From contig CM082581.2 of assembly GCA_040954595.2 (NCBI GenBank), forward strand, positions 14,561,350-14,625,349: a DNA stretch of 64,000 nt, read 5' to 3'. This document shows positions 25,401 through 37,009 of this stretch, one piece after another. The translations under genes were made by a program, and so were the position numbers. This DNA comes from Balanoglossus misakiensis (taxonomy: Eukaryota; Animalia; Hemichordata). How positions within the stretch are numbered: position 1 is the first letter of the stretch; every line of letters starts with the position of its first letter. The notes beneath the pieces were generated by a model. It was not told where the DNA came from. It was given only the letters and a program-made list of their open reading frames with translations, and ran no database searches.

Positions 25401-28400
25401 TGTTCACAGAATCGATGTATCAAAGGCCACTAATTGCAAAGCAAATTTATGGCAGGGTCCTTTAACAGTGGTAATATACGAGCAAAAGGTCATGACCCCA
25501 ATTAAAATCATAAAACGTATCCCATTCATGAGTCACATCTTAAAAAGTTATGAACAGATTTCATCACTGATTCATTCCATTCTTATTTGACCATTTACGC
25601 CTGCGAGGATCACACAGGGTCACGTAGCATAATGTCATCGGAAAGTCCCACAGTTTTTTTTTGTTTCCCAAACAATAGACAGCTCCAGTGGTCCTTGCCA
25701 ACTAGGCAACGGATTCTTTCAATTTTACTGCAGCACTTCTGTCTGCCTCCAAGGTTTTGGAATCAATGAAGTTCCTTCCCCCAAGTACTATCAACAGTTT
25801 TATGTTGCTGTGTTGCATTTTTACAAGAAGTTTCAACTGAATTCACATCAATTTTAAGAAATTCTATCCACTGGAATAGAAATATCATGTTTCGGTATTC
25901 CTTTAAAAATAATTTCCATCGCACCTTCTCATCACAGACTTCCAGATACTGTTGATTCAATTTCTACTCAACTTTCATCTCCTCTGCTATCATTTCATAA
26001 AATCAATTAAAAAAACTTCAAGTGGGGGTGATTATTGCAAACTTAGTCACATCCAAAACAGTTTGACCAGCTGGAATCAAGTACAGCGTATTAAAGTCTG
26101 TCTTGTGATGATAAAATTAAGCAATAAAACACCCCCAGCCATGGTATACCACGAGACCAGTTCACGACATATACGCATGAGCGATAGCGAGTGCGTATAT
26201 GGAGTTGAACTGGTCAAAATCGAGTGGTATACCATGGCTGGGGTGTTTTATTGCTATTATATTATATCAACAATTGTTTTTGTGGCATATTAGTGTCATT
26301 TTCTTACCGAAACGGCGTCAGAAAGAGAAATTACGATCGTGAACCAACATGGCGATGATGAATGTAAACACGCGCGGCCGGGATCCAGCATTAAACATGA
26401 AGCAGACGACAAAAAGTGACAAGACAGGCATTGCGCGTGGCAAAGTGACAAATATTTCCACAGAGCAGTTCCCAAATAAAACGTCCGTTAATTCAACAGT
26501 ATTTTTGTTTTATTTATTTGGTTTAAACACGCGCGACTGTGGTTTAACCGCACATTTTTGCTGCCGTATGCTAGTTCAGGGGCCCGTTTTAGCACTGCCA
26601 TCAGTGCATTATGAGTATTTTAGCATCGCTGGATTGAGCTCTCGTCCAATCAGAATTGTGGACGTTAGCATGATATAATATAATATATTTTATGGCCATT
26701 TTCTTGAAAGTGTCTGTCTTAACCACTGACACTTCCCAGACATTGTGTCATCAGATACTCTACTTATTACATTGCACTGCCAGTTGAGATGAATCGTTTT
26801 TTAATATTTAGAACAATACAGCCACTGAGACTGACGTCACAATCAGACTTTAGTCTGATCCCATTTTTTTTCTAATCACAAAGGTGAAGTTTGAACCCTT
26901 GCACAGGGAAGCAAGCACGAAGACATCTGGCAGTCAGCCAAGCACTACTCAATTCTAATGATTACATGTATTATAAATTTGAAAAACAAGGTCCTGCAAA
27001 ACTTTTGGTTTAATGAATTTACTTGTCACAGAACCCAAACCATCATGCTTGAAAGTTTCCACGTAAGTGTATATGACAAACCTAAGCAAAGTGGTACAGT
27101 ATAGTAAAGTGCAGTATAGCACAGTACAATACAGTATTTCTAGTGGGGGCTAGCCACATTTGGGGACTTGGCAATGACATGCAGTGCCGGATGTGACCTC
27201 TGACCTTGCATCCCTTCATAACCTGGCAACCTCTGACTGACAACCAGGTCCAGGTTCCATGCATCATTTATTATGCCGGTAATGTGATGCTCTACCAAAA
27301 TCCATTTCCTTTTTCCTCTTTATGAAGACTTTTTTTTTATCAGAACTTTAATCAGCCCTCAATGTCAGACAAATCCAAAGCACCTGATGGAATATTTTCA
27401 ATTCCCATCATTTCTGGCAACATCACAGAGACAGAGTAAGGATGAGTATTTATCGTAGACTGAGCTTTCTGAGTTGAGCAGATAGATTTTTTAACTTGGT
27501 GATGTTAGTAGCAAGTTATGACAATGTGTTAGAATGAAAAGAGCAACAAAAGCTTAATCAAGACAGCAAATGTACATTTTACCCATTTTTAACTTCTTCA
27601 CTCATAATATTTTCTTTTTTTGAGCGTTTTTGTTTCTAGTCTACAAAAACTGGAGATTGTCTCACCTTAGCATCAGTATTCTTGTTCTTTAATTATATTA
27701 TTGAGTGAAGAAAGACAAAAAGGCAGTGTTATCTTACACACCATAAAAAACTGATGAAACTGGATATTTTATATTTTACTCCAAATGCAAGCTGGTATAA
27801 CTGCTGATGTTCAAACGATATCAATTACACACTGTCCAGTCGTCACTTTCGCTGTTCTATTTTTGTAACTGCATCTGTATTTATACAATGATGAGACCAA
27901 AATATCTGCATGGTGTCCGTGATTCGCATACGTTATTATCACTGCACCATTATGTACACCAGTGGAGTCTAACTTCAGCTACTCTGTCCAAGCCTACACA
28001 CCCAATGGGGTATATGTTTCCTTTGAATTTAAATTTACTTGGAAAATATAAAAATTTAATATTTTCCTGCCTGTATTTGTTTTCAAAACTTATACTGATG
28101 ACGAATATAGTGATTTTGGAAATATCAAGGATACATTTCCAAGATATCGGGATATTACATACATGTTTCCTGTACATATAATACATATGTGGTTTTAGTT
28201 CACACTGGGTGATTAAAATGAACTACATTGGTGTGAAGTTGGAAGGGTCCATCAGATGACTTGTCAACCAGCACCAAGTCACCATGCAGTTCAAGTTCTT
28301 TCAGATACAGTTAGTAATTCCCCATAAGATTTATTGGAAATAATTTAGATTAGACAATGTTGCCCAATTAATTAATTGAGAAAGATGTGGATATCCCACA

Positions 28401-28668
28401 ATGCAATGCAAACAGGTCTGATTCACCAGTATTGCAGATCATGAAACTTGAACCAAGACAGTATGTAATTTTTGTCTTCTCTGGATTGAGATTATCACAT
28501 TTTTGACAATCAAAACAGTGCTAGGTCATCGTCTGCCACACTGCAAACTTTCTCACAAAGCTTGCTTACCATAAATGATGACTTTGGGCCTTTATGTTTG
28601 TCCAAATCTGGGGACTTGGTCAGATACCCTTGTTTGATGTCCATAGTGTGTCTGCCAATGGTTGCCAT
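16326..28668 (-). CDS. PLEKHS1-like adaptor: PH domain, Pro/Tyr-rich region, tandem PDZ-like domains (~875 aa, 10 coding exons)
   Basis: Exons (-) 28668-28570, 21287-21028, 20738-20492, 20099-19967, 19773-18525, 18138-18031, 17707-17572, 17295-17173, 16911-16771 and 16457-16326 have GT-AG ends and join in frame (2628 nt). PH domain of GAB/PLEKHS1 type: KQGYLTKSP...TWKKRWFVF...YYLLADSRADMEDWYRKI. The C-terminal WVAGW...FHVGDQILAIND...VKVQFRRMP resembles the PLEKHS1 C-terminal PDZ-like region as I recall it. Orthology is not proven. Confidence 0.88.
16771..16911 (-). CDS. PLEKHS1-like exon, second PDZ-like domain (IDQVFIQGLAYASGL...WAITEIN)
   Basis: ctgcag acceptor, gtaagt donor. Confidence 0.87.
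17173..17295 (-). CDS. PLEKHS1-like exon (VKVQFRRMPLGQMFAMNRHHPDEDWGIVV...)
   Basis: tatcag acceptor, gtaatt donor; end of PDZ1 and start of PDZ2. Confidence 0.87.
17572..17707 (-). CDS. PLEKHS1-like exon, PDZ-like (FHVGDQILAINDKAV)
   Basis: GD.IL.IN PDZ signature; cgcag acceptor, gtaagt donor. Confidence 0.9.
18031..18138 (-). CDS. PLEKHS1-like exon (MLDSEMKQ...VALVGIVNSVW)
   Basis: ttttcag acceptor, gtaagt donor, phase 2-2. Confidence 0.86.
18276..18470. repeat. Degenerate CTATAG(AA)-core minisatellite, ~60-bp higher period
   Basis: gacatcaatagaa...tatagcctatagaa...cattgaaattta repeated about 3 times. Confidence 0.65.
18525..19773 (-). CDS. PLEKHS1-like large exon, disordered Pro/Ser/Tyr-rich docking region
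   Basis: Covers the 411-aa ORF 18521-19756; ttgcag acceptor, gtaagt donor. Confidence 0.92.
19967..20099 (-). CDS. PLEKHS1-like exon (SDTNSDTPAQ...YNKD)
   Basis: ttttccag acceptor, gtaagc donor, bridges phase 0 to phase 1. Confidence 0.78.
20371..20451. mobile_element. piggyBac-type MITE (~81 bp)
   Basis: Perfect 10-bp TIR CCCTTTCACC/GGTGAAAGGG; flanks TAAA and TTAA. Confidence 0.7.
20492..20738 (-). CDS. PLEKHS1-like exon, PH C-terminal helix (ADMEDWYRKIQDV...)
   Basis: aatag acceptor in phase; the gtacaa donor is weak but phase-compatible. Confidence 0.82.
21028..21287 (-). CDS. PLEKHS1-like exon, PH domain core
   Basis: TWKKRWFVF...LAYY...PNGIIELSKC...YYLLADS; ttacag acceptor, gtgagg donor. 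Confidence 0.93.
22006..22082. mobile_element. 77-bp hAT-type MITE with 8-bp target-site duplication
   Basis: CCCTGGAT at 21998-22005 and 22083-22090; ~30-bp imperfect TIRs starting CA and ending TG; 17-bp spacer. Confidence 0.8.
26120..26680. mobile_element. Probable non-autonomous DNA element with a ~135-bp palindromic end (26120-26255)
   Basis: AGCAATAAAACACCCC(C)AGCCATGGTATACCAC ... GTGGTATACCATGGCTGGGGTGTTTTATTGCT, plus nested inner inverted repeats, followed by CpG-richer sequence; right boundary uncertain. Confidence 0.55.
28570..28668 (-). CDS. PLEKHS1-like first coding exon (MATIGRHTMDIKQGYLTKSP...)
   Basis: Acceptor at 28683, ACCATGG Kozak context, gtaagc donor, PH beta-1 strand. 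Confidence 0.85.
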
Positions 28669-29689
28669 GGTAACTTGACCACCTGATGAAAAAATATAAA
28701 AGTGGGGAAATTCAGTAAGGTCCAATAAAAATTGTTGAAAGCACAAGTATAATCCAGAAAGACCAGACCAATCACATTTTTTCACTTGAGCCCACATGAA
28801 AAGTGATCCACTGCATAGTAATAAGGAACCAAATACGGACATATGCAAATTATGAATGACCTAAACCTTTATCCACTGTGTTAAAAACATATGAAAACGT
28901 TGCATGTCAACCAAATAATTCTGTATCCCGGCCCTGCTGTTTTCCAGTCTAAACTTTGGTCAATGTAGGAAGTAATGATATGTTTTTGCAATATCAACAT
29001 TCTTTGTATCTATGATCAATTCTACCAAAGGCAAATTTGTCCATTCATACAGAAAGTTACATCAACAGAACTTTTGAAAGTTTTGTGTAAAACAAGTAGT
29101 GAACTATAAAGATATGCACTTTGAACACAGTGGACAAGTTTTATACAAGTGATCAACTTCTCATTTTGATTCTCAACTTCCAGTTTTTTTAATCACTGTA
29201 TAAATCTTCACTCTAATTGCGGAAATATCAACTTGCTAGAAGCAACCTATCACAAAAGAGGAAGTGAATTGTACAGTTGTCAGAACAGAGGTTGTGAATG
29301 TGCAACGGTTACATTGGAGTAAATGATGCATGGTGATTTTAAAGCTTCACAAATGTGCTTTGTACAGGGGAACAGGAGGCATTCACTTCAACCACAACTA
29401 AATTTATCGTCTGCAGAAAATATGATTAAAAAAAATCTATACCTCAGGTTTTTCTATAAAAGGGCCCTCAAACTTTTCTAAAAACTTTAATTGTCAAAAT
29501 TGTATCAAAGTCACAGTAACTTCAAATGCTCGCACTCATCCTTGAACGATGGATGGGGCAGCGGTATATTACGGTTTGTTTTAGGACAATATTTTATGAC
29601 TAGGTAAAAGATGATGTCTTAAATTAAAATTAAAGTAATAACGCGATGTAAAGTAACAATTTCCTAGTCAATCATTGTAAGTTGTAGTG

Positions 29690-30350
29690 TTAATACCGTC
29701 CGCGTCGGCCCATACCGACGTATCTATAACTTACACGCTGCGCGCTGATACAGTCAATTGGGCCCCAGATGTCATGCAAAGCCTTGGACATACGCGATTA
29801 CACATCTGCACATCCAGACGTGGAGACACACCCAACTTAAGCGTATTTTCGGTGATGGCCAGAATTTAGAAAGATCTGGTCTTACCTGGTAGCGTTCACG
29901 GTCCGCGGTGCCGGTGCAGTGAGAACCGAGAGATAGTTGTACTAAAAACTTCCCAAACAGCACCGCTAAATTGGTCTAATAAAGTGCACACTCGTCTCCT
30001 GATCTGAAGAACTTTCACTGAAAGTGATGGCTACAGCTAGTCCGCTTGACGGACAAATCCAAAACCTGGCGCTATAAAATGATCAGCAAATGCAATCGCA
30101 GATTAGATCAGTACGGTGGCAACTGTCAGTGCAATACCAACCAGTCTGCCTACGCGTCTCTCTAGCTGGACATACGATGCCTTTGACGACTGAACAACAA
30201 CTGACGAAACGGGGAAGTTGCCTCTATTTTTACCCAAACATTGGACGTTTTGTAAGCCGCGGTCCTTCGAAGGGGCTTTCCCCAAAATTTGCGTATGAAA
30301 CATGGCCCGCACTACTCCAATAACAGGGTGGTTTGGGCCACGGAAGTAGC
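29690..30350 (-). promoter_or_regulatory. CpG-rich promoter and putative non-coding first exon of the PLEKHS1-like gene (donor at 29886/29885)
   Basis: Local CpG enrichment against the AT-rich background; strong CAG|gtaaga donor on the - strand upstream of the acceptor at 28683. Confidence 0.55.
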
Positions 30351-32235
30351 ACTGTATTTCACATCATAAATATGATATTTCATATCATAAATGGTAAACA
30401 TCATTCATACATTTCATGTTTTTGTGGTGAGCATTTTTGTGTAGGATGTTGAAATTTTGAGTTTTGAGAAAAGGGAGACATTCAAATTATTTAGAATATT
30501 TGTGTCACGGGCTCACAGAGACTTGTATGGATCGATTGGCCCCATAAAAAAAAGTTCAGTTGAGAGAGGGAAGTAGTTCTTCACGCCGACTATCAACTAT
30601 TTTGGTTATCGGTTTTACGAACAATAGCCACTTGTACCCCTGAACTGTGACGCAGAATGCACGTAGCACAAGGGAACGTCTCAAGTTGACAAAGTTGGAG
30701 GGAAATATCATTTGTACAGGCAATTTGTAAATACTAGTATCCAGGAGGTTAGCCCATTTCAGTCGATGAAATGAACACCCGGAAATGAACCTTCTTTGTT
30801 TCTTTTTATGAAACGAAAAATCAAATTTGTTGTCAAGTAGTTTTGGCTGTTCGTTTATTGTGTCATTACATCAACACCCTTTTAATATTATGACATTCGT
30901 TTCTGGATTCAGGCCATCAAGTCCGAATCACAGTTTCCATCCGTCCACAGTAATTAGGCCTACGCAGGCCTATACATGTACTTCTTCCGCAGGATCTATG
31001 ATAGCGATGACATTTTTATACAATCGCATCTCCATAATCAATGTGTCCCTGGTCGATTATAGGTATACACGTACGATTAAAAGCAATTCAAATAGCAATC
31101 TTGCAACCATTTAGGCATTTGCGTGGATTTTTATGAATAGTGTCACTAACCACCACTGTACAAACTCCAATTTTATTTTTCAAACTTTCAAAACAAAAAG
31201 AGGAACCCGCAAATCTATGACATTTATTTAACATGAGCATTTAATGTTTTTTCGACTAATTTGAAAAAGTTTCAAACTGTAGAGATAAGGGCTTTATATG
31301 AGTATGCCAATATCAAAAACTCAACACAAATCTTATGATGATCACTTGAATCATAAAATGTGTTGTGTTCTGTACTCTAGCTGTCGGGTACTACAGTAGT
31401 ATCCGGGAGAGAGATTCGAACATTACTTTTTCAAGCGCTGCGGTAAGAAAACTGAGACTATCCCTAATAAGCGGCCGGGCCCAGCGTGTTGTCGCTAACT
31501 GAACACGTGATCAGTAATGACGAACGGTCGTAAATAAGCTTTAGGTTTTTCCCAACTCGCACATACAGTTCTCAACTTTGTGCCGGTGCCAAAGTGAGCC
31601 CGTTGCGCAGGGTAGGCGCGATAAACAGACAGATCTGTTGTGATTCGGCCTGGAAAAGTTCGCTATTAAAGCTGTATAGGCCTACATGCAATTTGTGTCG
31701 CTGTGAAATACATGCCCGGGCTGTGCGTTCCCGTGTAACGTCGGGAACTTGACACACAGAGCTGGTGTTTTGAGGGTTCAACATGTTCACATGCTGGTTG
31801 TTTAATCTGTATTGATTTCATCGACGGAAGTTGGTATTTTCGGCATTTAAAACCGGCACACAAGACTTAATAATACTTTAGGAATGAAATTATAATTAAT
31901 TTCTTCTTTTGTTGCAAATGTATATCGGAGAGTGAAAGTTTGCAGTGGAGGAGCGTGATTTTATGTTCGGTCATTGGGTCTTCGCCGCAATGACTTGTGG
32001 TGGTAGTGAAATCTTCTGCAGAACGGTAAATGGCTTCGCTTCCGTTATTTTGAGAAACAAAACTACTATAATTGAGGTGTTTTCGTCTGGTAAACGATTG
32101 CTAGGCAACAGAATCCCAAATCTCCCTAACGACCATGTTTGAAGCCAGGATATGATAGTCGAAAAAAGCCAGCTGGGAAACGTCTACTACTTTCTTTGAT
32201 AAATATCGCTGGCTTAGACGATTTAAAGAAAAACA

Positions 32236-32757
32236 TTTGATAAAATGATGAGCTATAACCTATGAAAAATGTCAAGAAACGACAAAATGACCGAAATTCG
32301 CAAAGTCGGAAAACTGTCATTGTTTGAAAAAATCATGAGCTATACATGTAATAATTTGTGGGCTTCTGGCCGTTGGTGGCGTCCGATCCCGCTGCACAGG
32401 TGAGACGCAGGATCAAGTCGGAAAGCTCTTGCTGACCGTGGTGGTCACGGACATTTTTTGGCTCTAAGAACCACGCTCTTCCTAATCGTGGTGGTCATGG
32501 ACATTTTTTGGTCCTAAGAACCACGCTCTTCCTGACAAAAATGACCGAAATTCGCAATGTCGGAAAACTTTCATTTTTTGATAAAAATCATGAGCTATAA
32601 CCCATGAAAAATGTCAAGAAACGACAAAATGACCGAAATTCGCAAAGTCGGAAAACTGTCATTGTTTGAAAAAATCATGAGCTATACATGTAATAATTTG
32701 TGGGCTTCTGGCCGTTGGTGGCGTCCGATCCCGCTGCACAGGTGAGACGCAGGATCA
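32236..32757. repeat. Local ~180-bp direct duplication flanking a 50-bp tandem repeat
   Basis: 32236-32415 is nearly identical to 32577-32757; 50-bp unit starts at 32425, 32475 and 32525. Confidence 0.85.
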
Positions 32758-34865
32758 TGGAAAATACAATGCACCTGTGCTACGAGCTCATCCACGTTTT
32801 AAACGCAAATCGCGCAGAGCGACCCGGGCTATCAAGAGAGCAACAACCTGCAGAACAAGAGGATTTTGTCTGACAAGCTACGGGAATTTCTACAGCCCGG
32901 AAACCAAGATAAAGAACATATTATCTACTAGGTAAGTAACCGGTATTTACTAAAATTAGCGCTCCGACTTTCGACCCTAGTGGGGAAAAGGTGAAGACCC
33001 AATTCGTTAGTAATTCTATCCTAGTTTTCGAGAGAGTAGTCGGAGTACTCGCCATTGTTCCAAGAAGCGACGTGGTTTTTTCGTTTGAAACGTGGCGCGG
33101 ACGCCCGGCCCAATTGCGTTCAGTTTTCAACACTTGCACCAAATAAATCTATTCACTAGTTTTTTTTCTGATGAGAGCCAAGGAACTATAGTTGTCGTCG
33201 AGCGAAAATACGAGCGAATCTCCAAGTGTAAAATGTGTAATATTTATTGAAGTTCGGAATGCTGGGGGCAAGTTCAATGAATAATGTTAGGGGAGATTTC
33301 CGTGAGTGTTTCTGTGTCGGATTTTTGCGCACATTTTCTAGCCAGTTTATTACTGCATTTTTGCGTGTAACAAAATCCGCCTACAATAATTTCAAAAACT
33401 TGCTAGTTGTGGTTTCAAAACACCGTGCAGAACTGCATTTGGCTTTTCCGACCGGCATTATTGTTGATCTGCTTGTCAATAATATTTAGGTGTCCCATTA
33501 TATTACTCTATTGCGGGTTCTATTATTATTGTAATACACTCCGACTATTGTATTATTGATATCAATCGTATTAATTGTCATGCTGTATTACTCAATATCA
33601 TTGCGAGTTGTATTATAGTTGTGACATAGTCCGTTTATTTTAGTGGTCATTGTCATTTCATTCTGATCAAACGTGGTATTGCGCGGTAGTATATCTTGCG
33701 AGTAATATCGCATTGTTATACATTTATTTAGTCTGTACTCTGCGCGGGTAATAGTTTCGGGTAACAATATTTCTGTCATCTCCCGATATTACTCTGTATT
33801 ATTGGGGGTAATATTTAGCGGCAATCGATCGTCTATTTATCACGGAGTACAACTTGTAACGTATCATAATGGAACTCAATTTAAACACCGATACTTTAGA
33901 AGTACTTCTATGCACGTGTTCAATTTTTGTCAGGAGTTTGACCTAGTTTAGCACAGGCTCTTTCACGTTTCATAAACAAGTATGTTGCCAATAATATTTT
34001 GCCAACACGTTCACATTTTGAGTAAATTGATATTTTAATATTCTGGACGCAACGAATTTCTCTCGACACAGTGTTGTGTTGGCTCATATTTATGCACCCC
34101 AATCAATCCCTTAATGTCGGACCAATTGGATAAGTAGTGCTGTTTATTTCCGTATTTCATGGCCTCCGGCCCAAAATTCTTTACATTTTCTTTAAAACTT
34201 AAAACGGACGGGAATACTTAAACTTATTTCATAATTGAAAATCATCTGTCTTTTCTCACTCCCATGATAGCATGAAAAAGCAATGCTGCTGAACACTGTA
34301 GAAAGGTACCATCGTTTGAATTCATAAGGAAAAAATCTTTCTGTTAGTCGGTGGGTTAAAATACATCGTAAGAATATATTTTAGTCTGTGACTGGAACAA
34401 AGTACAACACAATAGGAAATGATGTTCATCTTCATTTTCGTTACTGTCACACAACAAGCAAATCATTTTGTTTTATCTACTCTGTGCTTTCTATCTGTTA
34501 TCAAAAAACGTTCATGAAAAGCTGCATGAAAAAAAATATCTTCCTAACTTCACAATTTCGTCACCGTAATTATTTTCAAAAAGATCATTTTGTAGTTCAA
34601 AGATGCCATATAATATCTAAATTTTAATAACAAGTGATATGTAATCAAAAAGGGAGGTTCTGTAACATGCATTTAAAAACGGGGGTCCCCACACCTGTTT
34701 TCCTGTAAAACCACAAAATGCTGTTCATACTATAATATTGCATATATAGTTCTAAATATCCAACCGATAGAGGGTGCTGTTTAATATTCGTACTTTAAGT
34801 ACGATAATACTTTTTTGTTGTACGTTAAACTTGGTCAACTATTTAACACAGAATTTTGCCGTATA

Positions 34866-34960
34866 TACTGTAAACACTCAGGATTTTTTTCGCGACAGGA
34901 AATTTTCGCGATATCAAAAGAGGCGACTGTTACGCGATTCATTTTTCGCGTTCGTATATT
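34866..34960. mobile_element. Possible DNA-transposon terminus remnant
   Basis: TACTGTAAA start followed by three TTTTCGCG subterminal-type motifs; no partner end found. Confidence 0.3.
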
Positions 34961-35327
34961 TCACTAATTGCATCGTTATTTCTGTACAATTTCCATTCTA
35001 CGATTATTTGTCGCATTAGTAGCACGATTCTTGGCTGCAAACCTTCATGTTCAAACAAAGTGTGTAATGTTTATCAAAGTCATGAAACCGCAACCATTTT
35101 TATGCGTACGTGTGTTTGTCTTTTTGCCAGATTGTGCATGAATGTAGCCGAGCTGGTGTGTTGCATTTCACGATGTCAATCACACATGTTTATTCGCGAC
35201 TGCATGCATTTAAGTTTCCATGGCATTGCAGTGAAGAACTTCACTCTTCAATTCTACTAATGCATGTTTTTATAGATTCGTATTCAATTTGAGTGTGTTT
35301 TATCATAGACCATGTAGGGTCCATGAT

Positions 35328-36500
35328 CGCAGATGAAGATATCTGGATGCCAAATGAAGAGAAGACACAGGTTTTTAGTCAGCATTTGAAGAGTTTATAA
35401 TGAGAATGAAGGGATTGCGTTCTATCCAGTTTTCTCTTAAAGCGACAAAATCGCTTTTTGACCTTTCAACGATTTCAAGTATACATTGATTACTCGTGTT
35501 ATCTTTGTGTTAAAAATTGATGTTGATTTGTAACCATCATTTCCTGTCATACAAAATCAATCTCTAAACGGTCCAAAATGAATGAATTTTGCTCCTTAAT
35601 CTGTTGATCCAGTGAAGATTATGGCATTTACATTGACTTTCCGTATGCGTTCCCTTGATCACACTGGTTACTTGTAATTGTGCAGAATTTCAATTATGTT
35701 AATTAGCACACTTGTCTACTATTACAGTTGAGGAGCTACACAATTGTTGCAGCCATTGGGAAAACTTCATGACAAGAAGGATTCAGATTAGGACACAGTA
35801 TAAATTCTCATACACATACATGTACATACATACATGTACATACATACATACATACATACATACATACATACATACATACATACATACATACATACATACA
35901 TACATACATACATACATACATACATACATACATACATACATACATACATACGTACATACGTACATACGTACATACGTACATACGTACATACATACGTACA
36001 TACGTACATACATGAACATGTGTGTTTAATGTGTGTTAAAACAATATTACAGAGAGAACAAGTCTGTAACCATTTAACTCAACTATGCTTATTTAACTGA
36101 AGCCTAAATGTCCATATGATTCAGTACTTCTAAAAATTACATGTATGCATTGAGGAAATTTTGTTTAGTGAATTGTGCAGTCAAATCAAATTGATTCAAT
36201 CTAGAAAACTGTTTGTGCCATTTCAGCCATTTTTTCTAACTTCAATATTAACGTACTAACACACCATAAACTAACTATAACAACTAATACTTTGGCTGGA
36301 GTGGTATAAGCAGGCTATGAGAAACTTTTATTCTTGTGACTATTTCTATTTTTCATAATGAGCCAGTTAGAAGTATACAGATGAAATTAAGTATTGTATT
36401 CTAATTCAATTTAAATTAGCTGTATTTCCCAAAACCTGAAAGTGAAGGTCAGGAAAATTACTCATTTCAAATTTTAGGGTACAGAATTGTTCTCTATGTA
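35328..36500 (+). repeat. Long direct repeat, copy 1 (left of the AT-rich satellite)
   Basis: Colinear homology with 46855-47700, e.g. gagtttataatgagaatgaag, gattcagattaggacacagtat, tttgtgccatttcagccatt, aattcaatttaaattagctgt. Confidence 0.85.
35808..36012. repeat. (TACA)n microsatellite with TACG variants
   Basis: Directly visible. Confidence 0.98.
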
Positions 36501-36598
36501 TGTATGTATGTATGTATGTATGTATGTATGTATGTATGTATGTATGTATGTATGTATGTATGTATGTATGTATGTATGTATGTATGTATGTATGTATG

Positions 36599-36629
<31 letters not shown>

Positions 36630-36820
36630 TGTATGTAATGTATGTAATGTATGTAATGTATGTAATGTATGTATGTATGTATGTATGTATGTATGTATGT
36701 ATGTATGTATGTATGTATGTATGTATGTATGCAATGTATGTAATGTATGTAATGTATGTAATGTATGTAATGTATGTATGCATGTATGTAATGTATGCAT
36801 CTATGTAATGTATGTGTATG
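36494..36820. repeat. (TATG)n microsatellite with (TATGTAATG)n blocks
   Basis: Directly visible. Confidence 0.98.
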
Positions 36821-37009
36821 TGAATCCCTAATGTATCCTTGTCCGAATTTTATCTTGTCATGAAGTTCTCCCAATGTCTACAATAGTTGAGAAGCTTTCC
36901 AACCGTGATGGTAGATAAGTTTAGCAAATTTTTGGTAATTGTTTACTAGTGTGCTATAATATAACAGAAACTAACAATTGAAGTATAATTGCTTTAAGTT
37001 AAGCAGGAA

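Noticed and set aside
24968-25423. 151-aa intronic ORF on -
   Set aside because: No recognisable domain or splice context, and the gene model is in frame without it.
35712-36874. YIHT/MYVC repeat ORFs
   Set aside because: Translations of the TACA/TATG microsatellites.
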